In this document: positions 1 through 10,862 of the stretch, piece by piece | Layout: each line of letters opens with the position of its first letter | How positions within the stretch are numbered: the stretch's first letter is position 1 | Assembly (NCBI GenBank): GCA_002633005.1 | Contig: NMRA01000426.1 | Span: 108,107-172,106 of the forward strand | DNA from: Phoronis australis | Lineage: Eukaryota > Animalia > Phoronida | Length of the DNA: 64,000 bases | Direction of reading: 5' to 3' | Translations under genes and position numbers: made by a program | Notes under the pieces: generated by a model | Seen by the model: only the letters and a program-made list of their open reading frames with translations | Told to the model about the DNA's origin: nothing | The model's database searches: none

Positions 1-485
1 CCTTCCTCTTACACAGCTGAACACCACAGTACGCCTATTATGACAGACCACCTGGCATCAAGCAGCGTACTANTCAATTTTTTCCAACAAGGCAAAGCAC
101 GTCTCCTCCTTTGGTATAGCAAGATATAGCCATTGTATATTTCCCAGGCATGGAAATTATAACCTTTGACCTCAAGCAACTGACTGTGAGCGCATGCATG
201 CACTTATCATAAGTGGGAGGGAAATCAGAAACTCTGTGGTTCCCACAAAGTTTTTTCGTTAGCAGGTATTTCAAAAATCGTGAATTTTGTGATGTTTTTT
301 CTGGAAATTTCCTCACACAGGAAAGTAAATGACTGTGTACAAGACGTTGCAAGATGGTGCTTCCATCAGAAATTGTTTAAAAGATATTTTGATGAGATTC
401 CATGTTCCATGCCTCTTTAAGTTTTAGCAGCTTTGAAAATATAAGCTCCTTCTACAGAGAGATTAAATGGCAAGTGACAGTGGAG

Positions 486-976
486 TAGGCCTTTATGCAG
501 AGTAGGTCCTGGGCTAATATGGACGCCTGGCAAGGACACCCAATGTATCATTTGGACGCCCACTGTCAATAGGATCCTCTCAAGTTTGGACACATACATT
601 GTAATGATTACCAGGAAGTCTCTGAAGGCTCACAGTGGGGGCTCTTTTTTCAAAGCAGGAAGAAATATACAATGTATATACAAAGTATATACAATGTTGC
701 TATGCTCACACTTAGTTGATAGCATTGTAAAAGTCTTAGTCTGCACCAATTTTTTATTAAAAATGCTCACTACAGAAGGCTGTTTTGTAAACGTAGATGT
801 AAAAACCTTGGTCTAAGCATTTTTTTGTAAAAAATCTGTGTGTTTGGGGGGATTGCTGGGGGTGAGGGGTTACGCGTCTGAAATAAAGACGCCCTGGAAT
901 ATTGGGAACCCCATTTTGAACACCCTATTTTCGAAATCCTGGACACCCTATTTTCGAAATCCTGGATAAAGGCCTG
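486..976. mobile_element. Non-autonomous hAT-like DNA transposon (MITE), copy 1
   Basis: Termini taggcctttatgcag ... ctggataaaggcctg are near-perfect inverted repeats. Exact 8-bp TSD cagtggag at 478-485 and 977-984. An inverted homologue lies at 55785-56227. An 8-bp TSD with (C/T)AG ends is the hAT signature. Confidence 0.8.
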
Positions 977-1202
977 CAGTGGAGTGACGTATGCAGTACA
1001 ATCAACTTGACACACTTCATACAATAGTTCTTTCTCTGCAATTTAAATACAAAAAAATGATAATCTCATCCAAACCATTTTTTAAGAAATTTACCAATAC
1101 ATCTTACCTTACTCTTCCAGTTATTAAGAACAAATCTGGACCAGCAGGTGTAACTCAGTGAGGACCCTAAGATTATGCAGACAGCTCACTTTGACCTTCC
1201 TC

Positions 1203-2179
1203 TTACACAGCTGAACACCACAGTACGCCTATTATGACAGACCACCTGGCATCAAGCAGCGTACTAGAAAGGCAATCAAGCTTGTCACCAGTCTCATCAT
1301 GTTACAACAATTAGGCAAGCAGCACTACTTACTTATTAATACACTGCCATGTTCACAAGTTATTCAAATTAGCTGGGACTGCACTACATATTATCTATCA
1401 AAATCTCCTACTCTGGGTGGACACGTAATGTTTGACTGTATCACACGTAAAGAAATGCAACCATCAATTTACCTTTTTCAGGAAGGAAAAAATAACACTT
1501 TCCAGTATCTGCTGACAAGATACAAAAGTGCTCACAACATTTTGTAAGCAGTACCATAGCTTAAGGCCATTACTGGACTGGTTGAGACAAGACCAGGATC
1601 ACAAGGTTAGGTAGGCAGGCTAAAACAGTCAAAATTAGAACACACATTCATAATCAAAATACGTAGACTGCCAAAATACGTAGATGGCCGAAATGCGTTG
1701 ATGGCTGAAATACGTAGATGGCTGGAATACGTAGAAGGCCGGAATACGTAGATGGCCAGAATACGTAGATGGCCGAAATACATAGATGGCCGGAATACGT
1801 AGATGGCCGGAATACGTAGGTGGCCGGAATACGTAGATGGCCGGAATACGTAGATGGCCGGAATACCTAGATGGCCGAAATACGTAGATGGTCAAAATAT
1901 GTGGATTGTCAAAATTATTGATTTACCAAATGTTTCCATGCATTAAGGTACGCATAAGTCAAAAATACATAAATAAGATTTGCACTTAACTCTCTTAGTC
2001 TCATGTAGACATATTTAATGCCCAAAATGTGTCAAAGGTGAAACACTACGTAGTTCTCTCATGCTTCATCTGTAATCAATCATACTAGCACTGCCATGAC
2101 CTGTTTTTTGAAGCTCTCCCCCAGGCATAACTTACCTTAATTTTGCATTCGCCTCGATCATTGAAAAGTCCGCAGTCAT
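1203..2179 (-). other. Putative spliced 5' exons of a gene or lncRNA running off the left edge, with a spliced 34-codon small ORF
   Basis: Canonical minus-strand AAG|GTAAG donors at exon ends 2136 and 1108; acceptors ttctag (exon start 1263) and ctgtag (exon start 451). ATG at 2179 reads MTADFSMIEANAKL|STLLDARWSVIIGVLWCSAV* across the first intron. No homology recognised. Confidence 0.3.
1655..1895. repeat. 17-bp tandem minisatellite (gaatacgtagatggccg)n, about 14 copies
   Basis: Directly visible; the overlapping ORF has a 17-aa period (3 x 17 bp). Confidence 0.9.
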
Positions 2180-4369
2180 TTCAATTCACCCGCTCCGTCC
2201 CCAAATAGTGCGTATGGGCTCATACGCCTGATGACAACTTCAGCAAAAACTGAATGAACTGACTTGGGGAACATCGGTTTCAGAGGGCACTAAGCTGAGG
2301 TCACATGACAATGGAGGGGCATCAAGACAGCAGGTTGGTGCAGCATATGTCTGAAAACAGGTGGATGAGACAATTAAAGAGGGCTGTTAGCAACATTGTA
2401 TCGAACGAAACATTTGGAAATTTGAGGATGTTCTTCTTGGATGGTCAAACCCAAAACAAGGCTCAAGGTCACTTCCTGTCTTGAGTTTGATAAAGAAGTT
2501 TTGTTTTTCTCTTGAAATTTTAGGGTTCACTTTAATTTTGTTAAATTAAATATGTTAACAGTTTACTAAATGACCCAAATGCCGTTTTGGTGTAATGCAA
2601 ATTGTTAAAATGTTCTTAATTAAAAAGTGAAATAGTAAATCTTTTTCACCATCTTGTGTAAGTTTAATGATTTTTTGGAAAACCAAGTGCTTTCCAATAT
2701 AACAAAAACTTGCAAATGTGTTACCAAAGTACTAAAACTGACAGCACTTTTGTTACTTTGGTACAATATTTATGTTTACAACTTCAGTTACACACGTGTG
2801 CATGTATTGTAATTTCATATTTCAACACCAGGTGACATTCACAAATTCAGTAATTAGCCTTAAATTTCCATTTGATTGTAAAAGATGAGCACATTTCTAT
2901 GATTTGTTGCCCCTTACAGAAATATTAATTTGATGAATCACACCTCATGGACATCAAATTTCATTGTTTTTAAATGTATAAATTTAAAGTCAAATCTCAT
3001 GGAAATGCCCAAGTTCAAACATGGTGACTTGTTACATTGACAAGAATGCTACCTTGACACCCAAACTTGGTCCAGTTTGGGCAACTCGACCAGTTTGCCT
3101 ACCTCAGGAATTTCCACTTCAGATCAATAGGACCTCATTTTGTTGGAGTTAATTAAATAATGCCTCAAGCTGCTGATGTCATCGTTCACTGGGGCCAACA
3201 ATTTTTTTCTTTTTAACTTTTGATTTGAAAGTTTTTAAATAGCATATTTGAATCATTCATGAAAACTAGATGTTTGGTTTTTGAATTTTTAAAAAATCGG
3301 ACAAGAAATGTGACTTTTAGCCTGTGAATTTTAACCGAATGTTGCCCAGAGCTCGCATGTTGTGCTGTGCCTCATTACTTCTGTGGGATGTGCAACATAA
3401 TAAGCCAATTACCAAACCAGCAGGGAGCGCTGCATTTTGAGGTAGGCCAAGTGTCACAATTGGTGAAATGAAAAACTAGACAAATGGCTTGGAGAGGCTT
3501 CAGTTTCAGTTGTTGGAATGTACGTCACAGACAGGGGAGTCGATACAACAGCTCCCACAGGTAACTCGTAAGTTGGCACATTACCTGATGAGGACCACCA
3601 AGCCCGCTCCACCCCCCCCCCCCCCCCCNAGGAGGCAGGCTTCCTGGCAGCTGATTCCTGGACCAACTCATGTTTACAGCTGCGAGTATACCACCATGCA
3701 GCTCTGCGCACCCCAGTTCAATTGAAAGTTTCGGTATTGATGAATTTTCCACCCGCTTTAGTACCCAGGTTAAACTTGGTTGCAACACTTCCCAGAGTTT
3801 ATCCTCAAAGTCAAAGAGCAAAGTAAAGTAGGTGGCTGCAGTGCAGAGGCGGGTGCGAAACTCAGGGCGAAAACTCAGTGAAGCAGGCCCAGGTGGCAAC
3901 TGGGGATTCAGATGAATGAATGGTTACAATTTTTGGAAAACTTGGCTTGTGCCCCGGCTACCCAATATGAACAACGTTGATACCACGAGTCCTTGAGTTT
4001 ATCTATTCCTCGAGTCCACCACTGGCACCAACACTCATTTCACGATTTTCACGTTTACGTCGTTGGGAAATTCGTCTGCCTGTTGCTTAATGCCTGGATG
4101 CTGGGCCTTGAACGATAACTTACCTCTAAATTTCTATACTGGTCTATTGGCATTGATTTGTTCCACAGTCATACTGCCATTAGACCCTCTGAACAAATAA
4201 TAATTTCTGTGAAATTGGCAGGGAACGGTGATGTCAACGGTGGAAGTAAAGCGCGCCGCAGCCAACATTCTGACACGTCCTGACAGCACATGTCGAGCGT
4301 TTTAGTCTTCTAAACACCAGGTGTCGCCACTGCACGGATAGCAAAGAACGTTCGATAGCAAGGCCACAT

Positions 4370-4513
4370 GACCGCCAGTCCTCTAAATCGGACTGACTCA
4401 CCCAAAACAGGACCTCCGGAAATCAAATGGGACCGTCGCACCAGAAAACGGGACTGACGCACCCAAAAACATGACCGGCCCACCAGAAAACAGGATCGCC
4501 GGGGACTGAACCA
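4370..4513. repeat. Degenerate ~21-bp tandem repeat running into an assembly gap
   Basis: Recurring caccagaaaacgggactgacg-like units immediately before the N run. Confidence 0.55.
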
Positions 4514-5186
4514 NNNNNNNNNNNNNNNNNNNNNNNNNNNNNNNNNNNNNNNNNNNNNNNNNNNNNNNNNNNNNNNNNNNNNNNNNNNNNNNNNNNNNNN
4601 NNNNNNNNNNNNNNNNNNNNNNNNNNNNNNNNNNNNNNNNNNNNNNNNNNNNNNNNNNNNNNNNNNNNNNNNNNNNNNNNNNNNNNNNNNNNNNNNNNNN
4701 NNNNNNNNNNNNNNNNNNNNNNNNNNNNNNNNNNNNNNNNNNNNNNNNNNNNNNNNNNNNNNNNNNNNNNNNNNNNNNNNNNNNNNNNNNNNNNNNNNNN
4801 NNNNNNNNNNNNNNNNNNNNNNNNNNNNNNNNNNNNNNNNNNNNNNNNNNNNNNNNNNNNNNNNNNNNNNNNNNNNNNNNNNNNNNNNNNNNNNNNNNNN
4901 NNNNNNNNNNNNNNNNNNNNNNNNNNNNNNNNNNNNNNNNNNNNNNNNNNNNNNNNNNNNNNNNNNNNNNNNNNNNNNNNNNNNNNNNNNNNNNNNNNNN
5001 NNNNNNNNNNNNNNNNNNNNNNNNNNNNNNNNNNNNNNNNNNNNNNNNNNNNNNNNNNNNNNNNNNNNNNNNNNNNNNNNNNNNNNNNNNNNNNNNNNNN
5101 NNNNNNNNNNNNNNNNNNNNNNNNNNNNNNNNNNNNNNNNNNNNNNNNNNNNNNNNNNNNNNNNNNNNNNNNNNNNNNNNNNNNNN
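4514..5186. other. Assembly gap (N run)
   Basis: Continuous Ns. Confidence 0.99.
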
Positions 5187-5668
5187 CCCCCCCTCTTGGC
5201 TGCTACCGCAAGCAAAATGAAACAGCAACAGCGTGAAGCGTGAAGCAGGACCGGTAGCGGACAAGGGGAGGCTCACAGACCCCAAATCGAAGTGGAATCG
5301 TGTTCCCTGCGTTTTTTTTTTAGTCCACCGACACATTTTCTGAATGGGAGGTGCACATCCCCAGCCCCCGCAACTTTCGGGCCGCCTGTGCACATACAGT
5401 CGTGCTTTGACCAATTCCCCGAGGCAACATGTTGCCCCCCCTAATTCCTAGATCCTCCACTGAACATATACACATCAAAAACGTTAGATAACTTCGGCCC
5501 CCTTTTCATCTCTGGTAACGAGCTTGTGACGCACGCATTTTTGTCGTTGGATACAAATGTCCATCATAAGAATTGTAATTTCAAAGATATTTTTTCAACG
5601 CTCAGAACGGACACACAAAGAAAGTTGTTTTAAACGATTTTGAAAAGTACCTCAACCAAGAGGCAAGG

Positions 5669-6739
5669 GTGTCGAAGGAAGAAATCTGTGAGCGACGCAA
5701 GGCCTACGGCGATGCTGTTGCTAACTATCAGGCTGTTGCAGTGAAGAACAAACAGATGGTTTGGGATGATTTCTGTCAGAGTTCTGACCCCGGAGACCCA
5801 TCAATCACCAGCAAATTCTGGAATCTGGCTAAGGAAATGAAAAGAATCTTAACCGGAGCAGGACCTGCACCTCAGCTTATCCAGGGACCTAATGGTAAGA
5901 CGCTTGCTACAGACCAGCAAAAAGGCGAAGCCTTCCTTCTAAGATACCAGAACCAACTGCACCCAGATGGCCTTGACATTGTCCAGCAAACATTACGCAC
6001 AGTGAACCAGCATATCGAGGAGAATGATCAAAACAATGAGCAACCAGTCTCACTTGAAGAACTAGATGCAACCATACGTTCGATAAGTAAAGACTCGCCT
6101 CCCGGGCCGGATGGAGTTAAATACTCTAACCTGAAAAGCATGAGCACAGAGGAGAAGAGTCAGCTCCTTCAGACGATAAACAGTTCACTTGTTGATGGAA
6201 CCATGGACCAGGATCTTAGAGACTGCAGCATGGTGGTTCTTCCAAAGCCGATGAAAGACCATAACAAACTGAAGGGATACAGAATCATCACCATGGCGAA
6301 CACCTGCGCAAAAATTTCGGAAACAATTGTAGTGCAGCGACTAGCATATGACTTAGAGAGACGTGGCTGTCTTTCCACGAGAGTTGGAGGAGCTAGACCA
6401 AGAAGATCCACTGTCTCCAACGTTGAAGCGATACTGCATGAAATTCAGCCAGGAATGCAGGTTTCGCAACACACTGCAATTGCTCTCTTCGATCTGGAAG
6501 ACGCATACAACAAAGTGGATGTGGGTATTCTTGCCAACAAACTCAGACAAATGGAGGTGTCCGATATGACGATCTGTTGGATTCTAGTCTTGCTGGATAC
6601 CCTCAGATGTCAACTCAAATTCGGCAAGTGGAAGTCAAGCATCTTTGAAGCAAGCTCAGGCCTCCCACAAGGGTCCCCTCTCAGCTCAGTGCTCTTTAAC
6701 GTCTACACGACAGATCTCATACAAGCAGCAAGTGCATGA
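5669..6739 (+). pseudogene. Reverse transcriptase ORF fragment of the LINE, truncated by a MITE-derived stop before the YxDD motif
   Basis: 356-aa ORF with the N-terminal RT motifs through GLPQGS; the TGA at 6737-6739 lies within the left end of the inserted MITE. Confidence 0.88.
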
Positions 6740-7273
6740 CAGCGTTTTCCCGTTCCGTCAGTGACTTTACCAAACGTAGGGGGTTCTGAGCGTGTGATAA
6801 CATCTAGCTTCCTTGTTAACTGCCAAGTACAGTCGTCTGTCTGTTATGACAACAAGCAGGCCAATTATCTACCAGGCTTATCCAGACCATGTATCAACAC
6901 AGTCAAACTCGGAGTGAATTGGTGTATTCGAAAAGAATAGATTGTCGTAACTTCGGTTGTAGTTGGGCGATTTTGGCAATACAAAAACCAAACATGATCA
7001 CCATTTGACGAAGATTTCAGAAATGCTATTGGTTTTTGTTCAAATATGTTATAACTTATGTTTTATTTTTAACAGCACATCCCAGTCAAGGTGGATACGA
7101 TCTCATTGGAGATTAGAGCAATTGTCGAACAAAAGAGAGCTGGCCCTCCAACCATAAATGCCAGAATGGAGTTAATCAGTCGTATAAGATATTGGCTACA
7201 GGGGTAAACTTTCCAACTTGTTGTTGGGCTATAGAATCGAAAAAGTTGGGAGCAACGGGAAAACGCCGTAATG
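6735..7273. mobile_element. ~540-bp TIR element (CAT...ATG termini) inserted in the LINE RT
   Basis: catgacagcgttttcccgtt ... aacgggaaaacgccgtaatg inverted termini; splits the RT between GLPQGS and YVDD; second copy at 26086-26592. Confidence 0.8.
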
Positions 7274-7579
7274 GTAGGTGGAGCTTCACCATACAGCTAT
7301 GTTGATGACTTGATAGTCGCCAATGAGGCGAACACTCCAAGACATGCCGTAGAGGGCCTGCAATCAGCAAGTGATGGTGTGGCCGATTGTACCGAAGACA
7401 ACAAGAAGTCCATCCAACCAGATAAAGGGGAATGGATGTTAGCCTCACGAGGTTATTTCAACCCAAGCATCTTCACATTGGGATATATGGGAGCCTTGAT
7501 ACCTCAAGTCCCTGAAGTTACCTATCTAGGAATTACGATGGATCGAAGAATGACGATGAACTCCTATGTCGAAGTACTA

Positions 7580-7851
7580 CCCTTACAAAAATAAACTTAA
7601 GTTTTTCGCTGAAACTTAAGTTTTTGGCGAAAAAACTCAAGTTTTTGGAAAATAAATTAAGTTTTAGAGGAAAAACTTAAGTTCTTCCGAAAAACTTAAG
7701 TTTTTAAAAGAAACTTATGTTTTTAAAACTTAAGTTTTTCGCCAAAAACTTAAGTTTTTGCAGCACAATGATAAGTTTTTCAGAAAACTCAAGTTTTTCG
7801 GACCAAAAACTTAAATTTTTCGATGAAAACTTAAGTTCATTTTTGTAAGGG
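7580..7851. mobile_element. 272-bp palindromic MITE with internal aaaacttaagtttt repeats and TA TSD
   Basis: cccttacaaaaat...atttttgtaaggg termini; TA at 7578-7579 and 7852-7853; LINE coding sequence resumes on both sides. Confidence 0.85.
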
Positions 7852-9463
7852 TAGCTGAGAAAGGTGCCTGTCACTGTTGAGATGTGCAGCAGCCCAACAG
7901 ATCCAACAAAAGAGCCTGGTGCAGCTCATGAATGCAACTGTCGGCGCAAGAACTGAGTATGGGCTCCATCTGTGCCTATGTGCCTCCCAACAGTCAATGA
8001 CCAAACTACAGAGGATTCAAAACCAGGCCATGAGGATAGTAACCATTGCAGCTAGACCCACTCCGGTAGACAGTCTCCAATACTGGTTAGGTATCAATAG
8101 CATCCGTACTAAACAGAAGACACTAGCAGCCCAAGCATATTTCTAAAGGCAGCTACAATTATCAGCTCTCATCCTCTGTACCTGGACTTGAGCTGAGCAT
8201 AGTGATGAGCACACTACACAGAGGCTGAAAACTGTTCAATCATGGGTTATCAGAGCTAGGGAGCTTGTCGAAGAGGTATGTCCAGTGGAGAACATCAACA
8301 GCATAGAGTGGTCAAAAGCCACAAACTTTGTCATCAACACCATGGAGATTGGAGGCCGTCATTGGCGGGAAAGAGCTGACTGTATCAACCAAGCAACTAT
8401 ATTGGAATGGCTTGAAGAACAATCTCCCTCAATCAGTGTTGCAACGGACGGCTCACTAAGAGATGACACTACGGCTTGGACAGCAGTTGCTTGGATTCGA
8501 AAGGGTCAACGCCTCTTCGAATGATCATCAGCACGGGTTGGAAAATCCTCGTCTTTTAGAGCTGAATGTGAAGCACATGAAGACGCCCTAGTCTGGCTCT
8601 GACAGAACACAACACATACAGACAGATCATTTCTACTTACAGACTCCCTCAGCCTCATTAGCAGGCTAAAAACTGGTCATGTGAAAGATTCCTGGATCCC
8701 TCTGTTCAGCTTTATATACCAGGACACTGTGGCATCTCATTCAACGTCAAGGCGGAAGAGCTTGCAGTATTCGCAGAACCGATTGCCGACCTGCTCCTCA
8801 CACCAGCAAATGTAATCTCCAGAGTGTGTGAATTGCTTACAGATACCGAGATTGTACAACAGCAGAAGAGATGGGCAACAGAGCGCCTCATAGAGCGAGG
8901 ATGGCAATACGGAGATGCAGCAAAAACTCGTATCAGGGGAAAAGATCGAAGAGTCTTTAACCAGCACGAACTTGGTTACATCTCCAAATTTACATTGTGT
9001 TCGATACTGGAAGGAGGAGGGCCAGAGACTATCCTGGTGCCTACCCTCTGACGTCACCACAGAAACAGAAACGATTTTGATGAATAACCATTAGTTTCCT
9101 GTAAACTTTCGTAGCAAAATTTTAATAACGTTGAGTAGTTACCTTTGAAGATTTACAACTAACCAACATTACCTCAAAAATGTATTTTCGGCAGTTAAGC
9201 CGAACTTGTGTGCCCCCTTAAAGTTAGATCAGTAAAGCCGAGCTTGTGAGCCCCCTTGAAGTTAGATCATAAACCCAAACTTTATCTGAACAAATACTAT
9301 AGGCCCTAATTAAGAAAAAAATGCATCTGTTGCCGTGTATAGCCAAGGGAGACGAGGGCAGGCGCTTACACCCTCCAAGGACCTAAATGTTGTCATCAGC
9401 TTGGTAACGGACAATTCAGCACCACTGCTTAGCGGACGCAACTAATGCACATTTATTACGGAA

Positions 9464-10233
9464 ATGAATCAATTCACTAAAAGCAGATTCTGTGGTGTTC
9501 TTAGCAACATTAAACATTTCTTGCCCTTTGAAACTTTGGAAAGTTTATACAATGGTCTTGTCCTTTCTCATTTTAATTATGGTATTTTACTAAGGGGGTG
9601 TGAACATCACAGTCAAATTACAGAAGAAAGGGTTTTTCGCACTATTACCTTTAGTTGTTTTAATGCCCATGCAAATTCTTTTTTATTTAAGACTACACAG
9701 GTACTCAAAATAAAGCTATTGTTAAAGTTTTTAACAAATATGTTTATAATTACCTACCTTCATTTTAACACGTTCAGTTCAATAACCCGTGGGTCTCTTC
9801 ATGAACATTACACAAGGCAGCGACATCTACAAACTCCTCGTTGTACTAAATCATTTGCTGAATATTCAGTTCAAAATGCCTTGCCTCATATCATTAATAT
9901 AATAACCTTCCTGTGAGTGAAAAATGTTTACCAATCCGTTATCTTCTATTATAAATTATTTCAAGAACGTTTGTTTTGAAAGTGCACTATTCCTACCTGC
10001 TTTGTGTGTAACTATTTTTGTTAAGCTTTCCTATTTTTTACAAGTAGTTTTAAATTACATTATCACCTAATTTTGTAATTCTGATTATCTCAAACATTGT
10101 ATTTTTCTCTGGTGGCGTCAGCGTACCCGTCGGCTTCGGGTCCTTCACGGAGTCTTCATAAGCTTTAATTTGTATTTACTGTATTTTTTGTCTTAACGTC
10201 AATAAATTATATTACTACTGCTACTACTACTAC
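9464..10233 (+). mobile_element. 5'-truncated CR1/L2-group LINE 3' fragment with (CTA)n tail
   Basis: ORF reads KHFLPFETLESLYNGLVLSHFNYGILL..G, R.IT.S.FNAH..LFK, HEHYTR (typical C-terminal region of CR1/L2-group RT); ends aataaa followed by tactactgctactactactac. Confidence 0.75.
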
Positions 10234-10588
10234 CCCGAGACTATCCTGCCCTGCAGCGAACAAGTAAACACCCAAAACATCGCGTTAAATAAGTGTTTCA
10301 AATACATGTACCGGCACTTTGTTTGGGGCGGGGTGCTGTGCGTGAACTTGGAATCCTGCTTAATCTCAAGATGGCGTATGCGTGAATTTGGAATTGAACA
10401 TTCTTTAAGGCAGTCAGGTGGAATTTTTTGTTGTTCAATGAAAAGAATTTTTGTAATTATTAGCCTTACGATCATCCATTCTCTCCTGCACCGTAACTTG
10501 TGTCGCAGAACCGAGGAATGAGTGGCTAAATCAATTGTTGTTTAAGAAACAATAGATAAGTCTACTACTGGACTTACGCATGTAGAGA

Positions 10589-10661
10589 CTCGCTGGTTCC
10601 CTGCGTGCCGCTAGATGGGGCGGTAGCCGCGCCAGCACTAAGCACGCAGGGAACCAGCGAG
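10589..10661. mobile_element. 73-bp micro-MITE, MULE/Mutator-like (20-bp TIR, 9-bp TSD)
   Basis: ctcgctggttccctgcgtgc ... gcacgcagggaaccagcgag; TSD atgtagaga at 10580-10588 and 10662-10670; absent from the opposite arm of the host palindrome, which preserves the empty site. Confidence 0.9.
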
Positions 10662-10670
10662 ATGTAGAGA

Positions 10671-10711
10671 TGGCTACGTTGCGTCCTCCTCTCGAGGACT
10701 TCATCAGGCCA
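10671..10711 (-). ncRNA. Second, inverted copy of the minimal hammerhead motif
   Basis: Exact reverse complement of 10822-10862. Confidence 0.7.
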
Positions 10712-10821
10712 CTGAGTTGTCACGTGACTTGTCATGTGATCCGTCGTGCAGTTTCCGCGGGATTCTCTTCAGCGCCCTATCCTGCACGACGGATCACATG
10801 ACAAGTCACGTGACAACTCAG

Positions 10822-10862
10822 TGGCCTGATGAAGTCCTCGAGAGGAGGACGCAACGTAGCCA
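10822..10862 (+). ncRNA. Minimal type I hammerhead ribozyme motif (Penelope-type), variant core GCAA
   Basis: Stem I tggc/gcca; CTGATGA at 10826-10832; stem II gtcctc-gagag-gaggac; GCAA in place of GAAA; loopless palindromic stem III acgt; cleavage triplet GUA (after 10858). Confidence 0.7.

Larger units (their letters stand above)
5651..9060 (+). mobile_element. Inactive non-LTR retrotransposon (I-group, Ingi/Nimb-like) with reverse transcriptase and RNase H, interrupted by two MITEs
   Basis: ORF 5669-6739 has RT motifs SPPGPDGV, LPKPMK..YRII, FDLEDAYNKV, GLPQGSPLSSVLFNVY. It continues at 7274 with YVDD and YLGITMD, then 7877-8146 LQRIQNQAMRIVT.A.RPTP. RNase H motifs ATDGS, SSFRAE, LTDSLS and a PGHCGI-like segment lie at ~8440-8760. 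Several stops and frameshifts; 5' part missing. Confidence 0.92.

Noticed and set aside
1-73. Repeat of ~1195-1266 at the window start
   Set aside because: Ends at a single N, which points to a contig-overlap artefact.
3400-4260. ORF 3525-3899 and neighbouring coding-like sequence
   Set aside because: No recognisable domain; interrupted by stops and a poly-C run with an N.
4310-5414. Long ORFs of 301 and 338 aa
   Set aside because: They are translations of the N gap.
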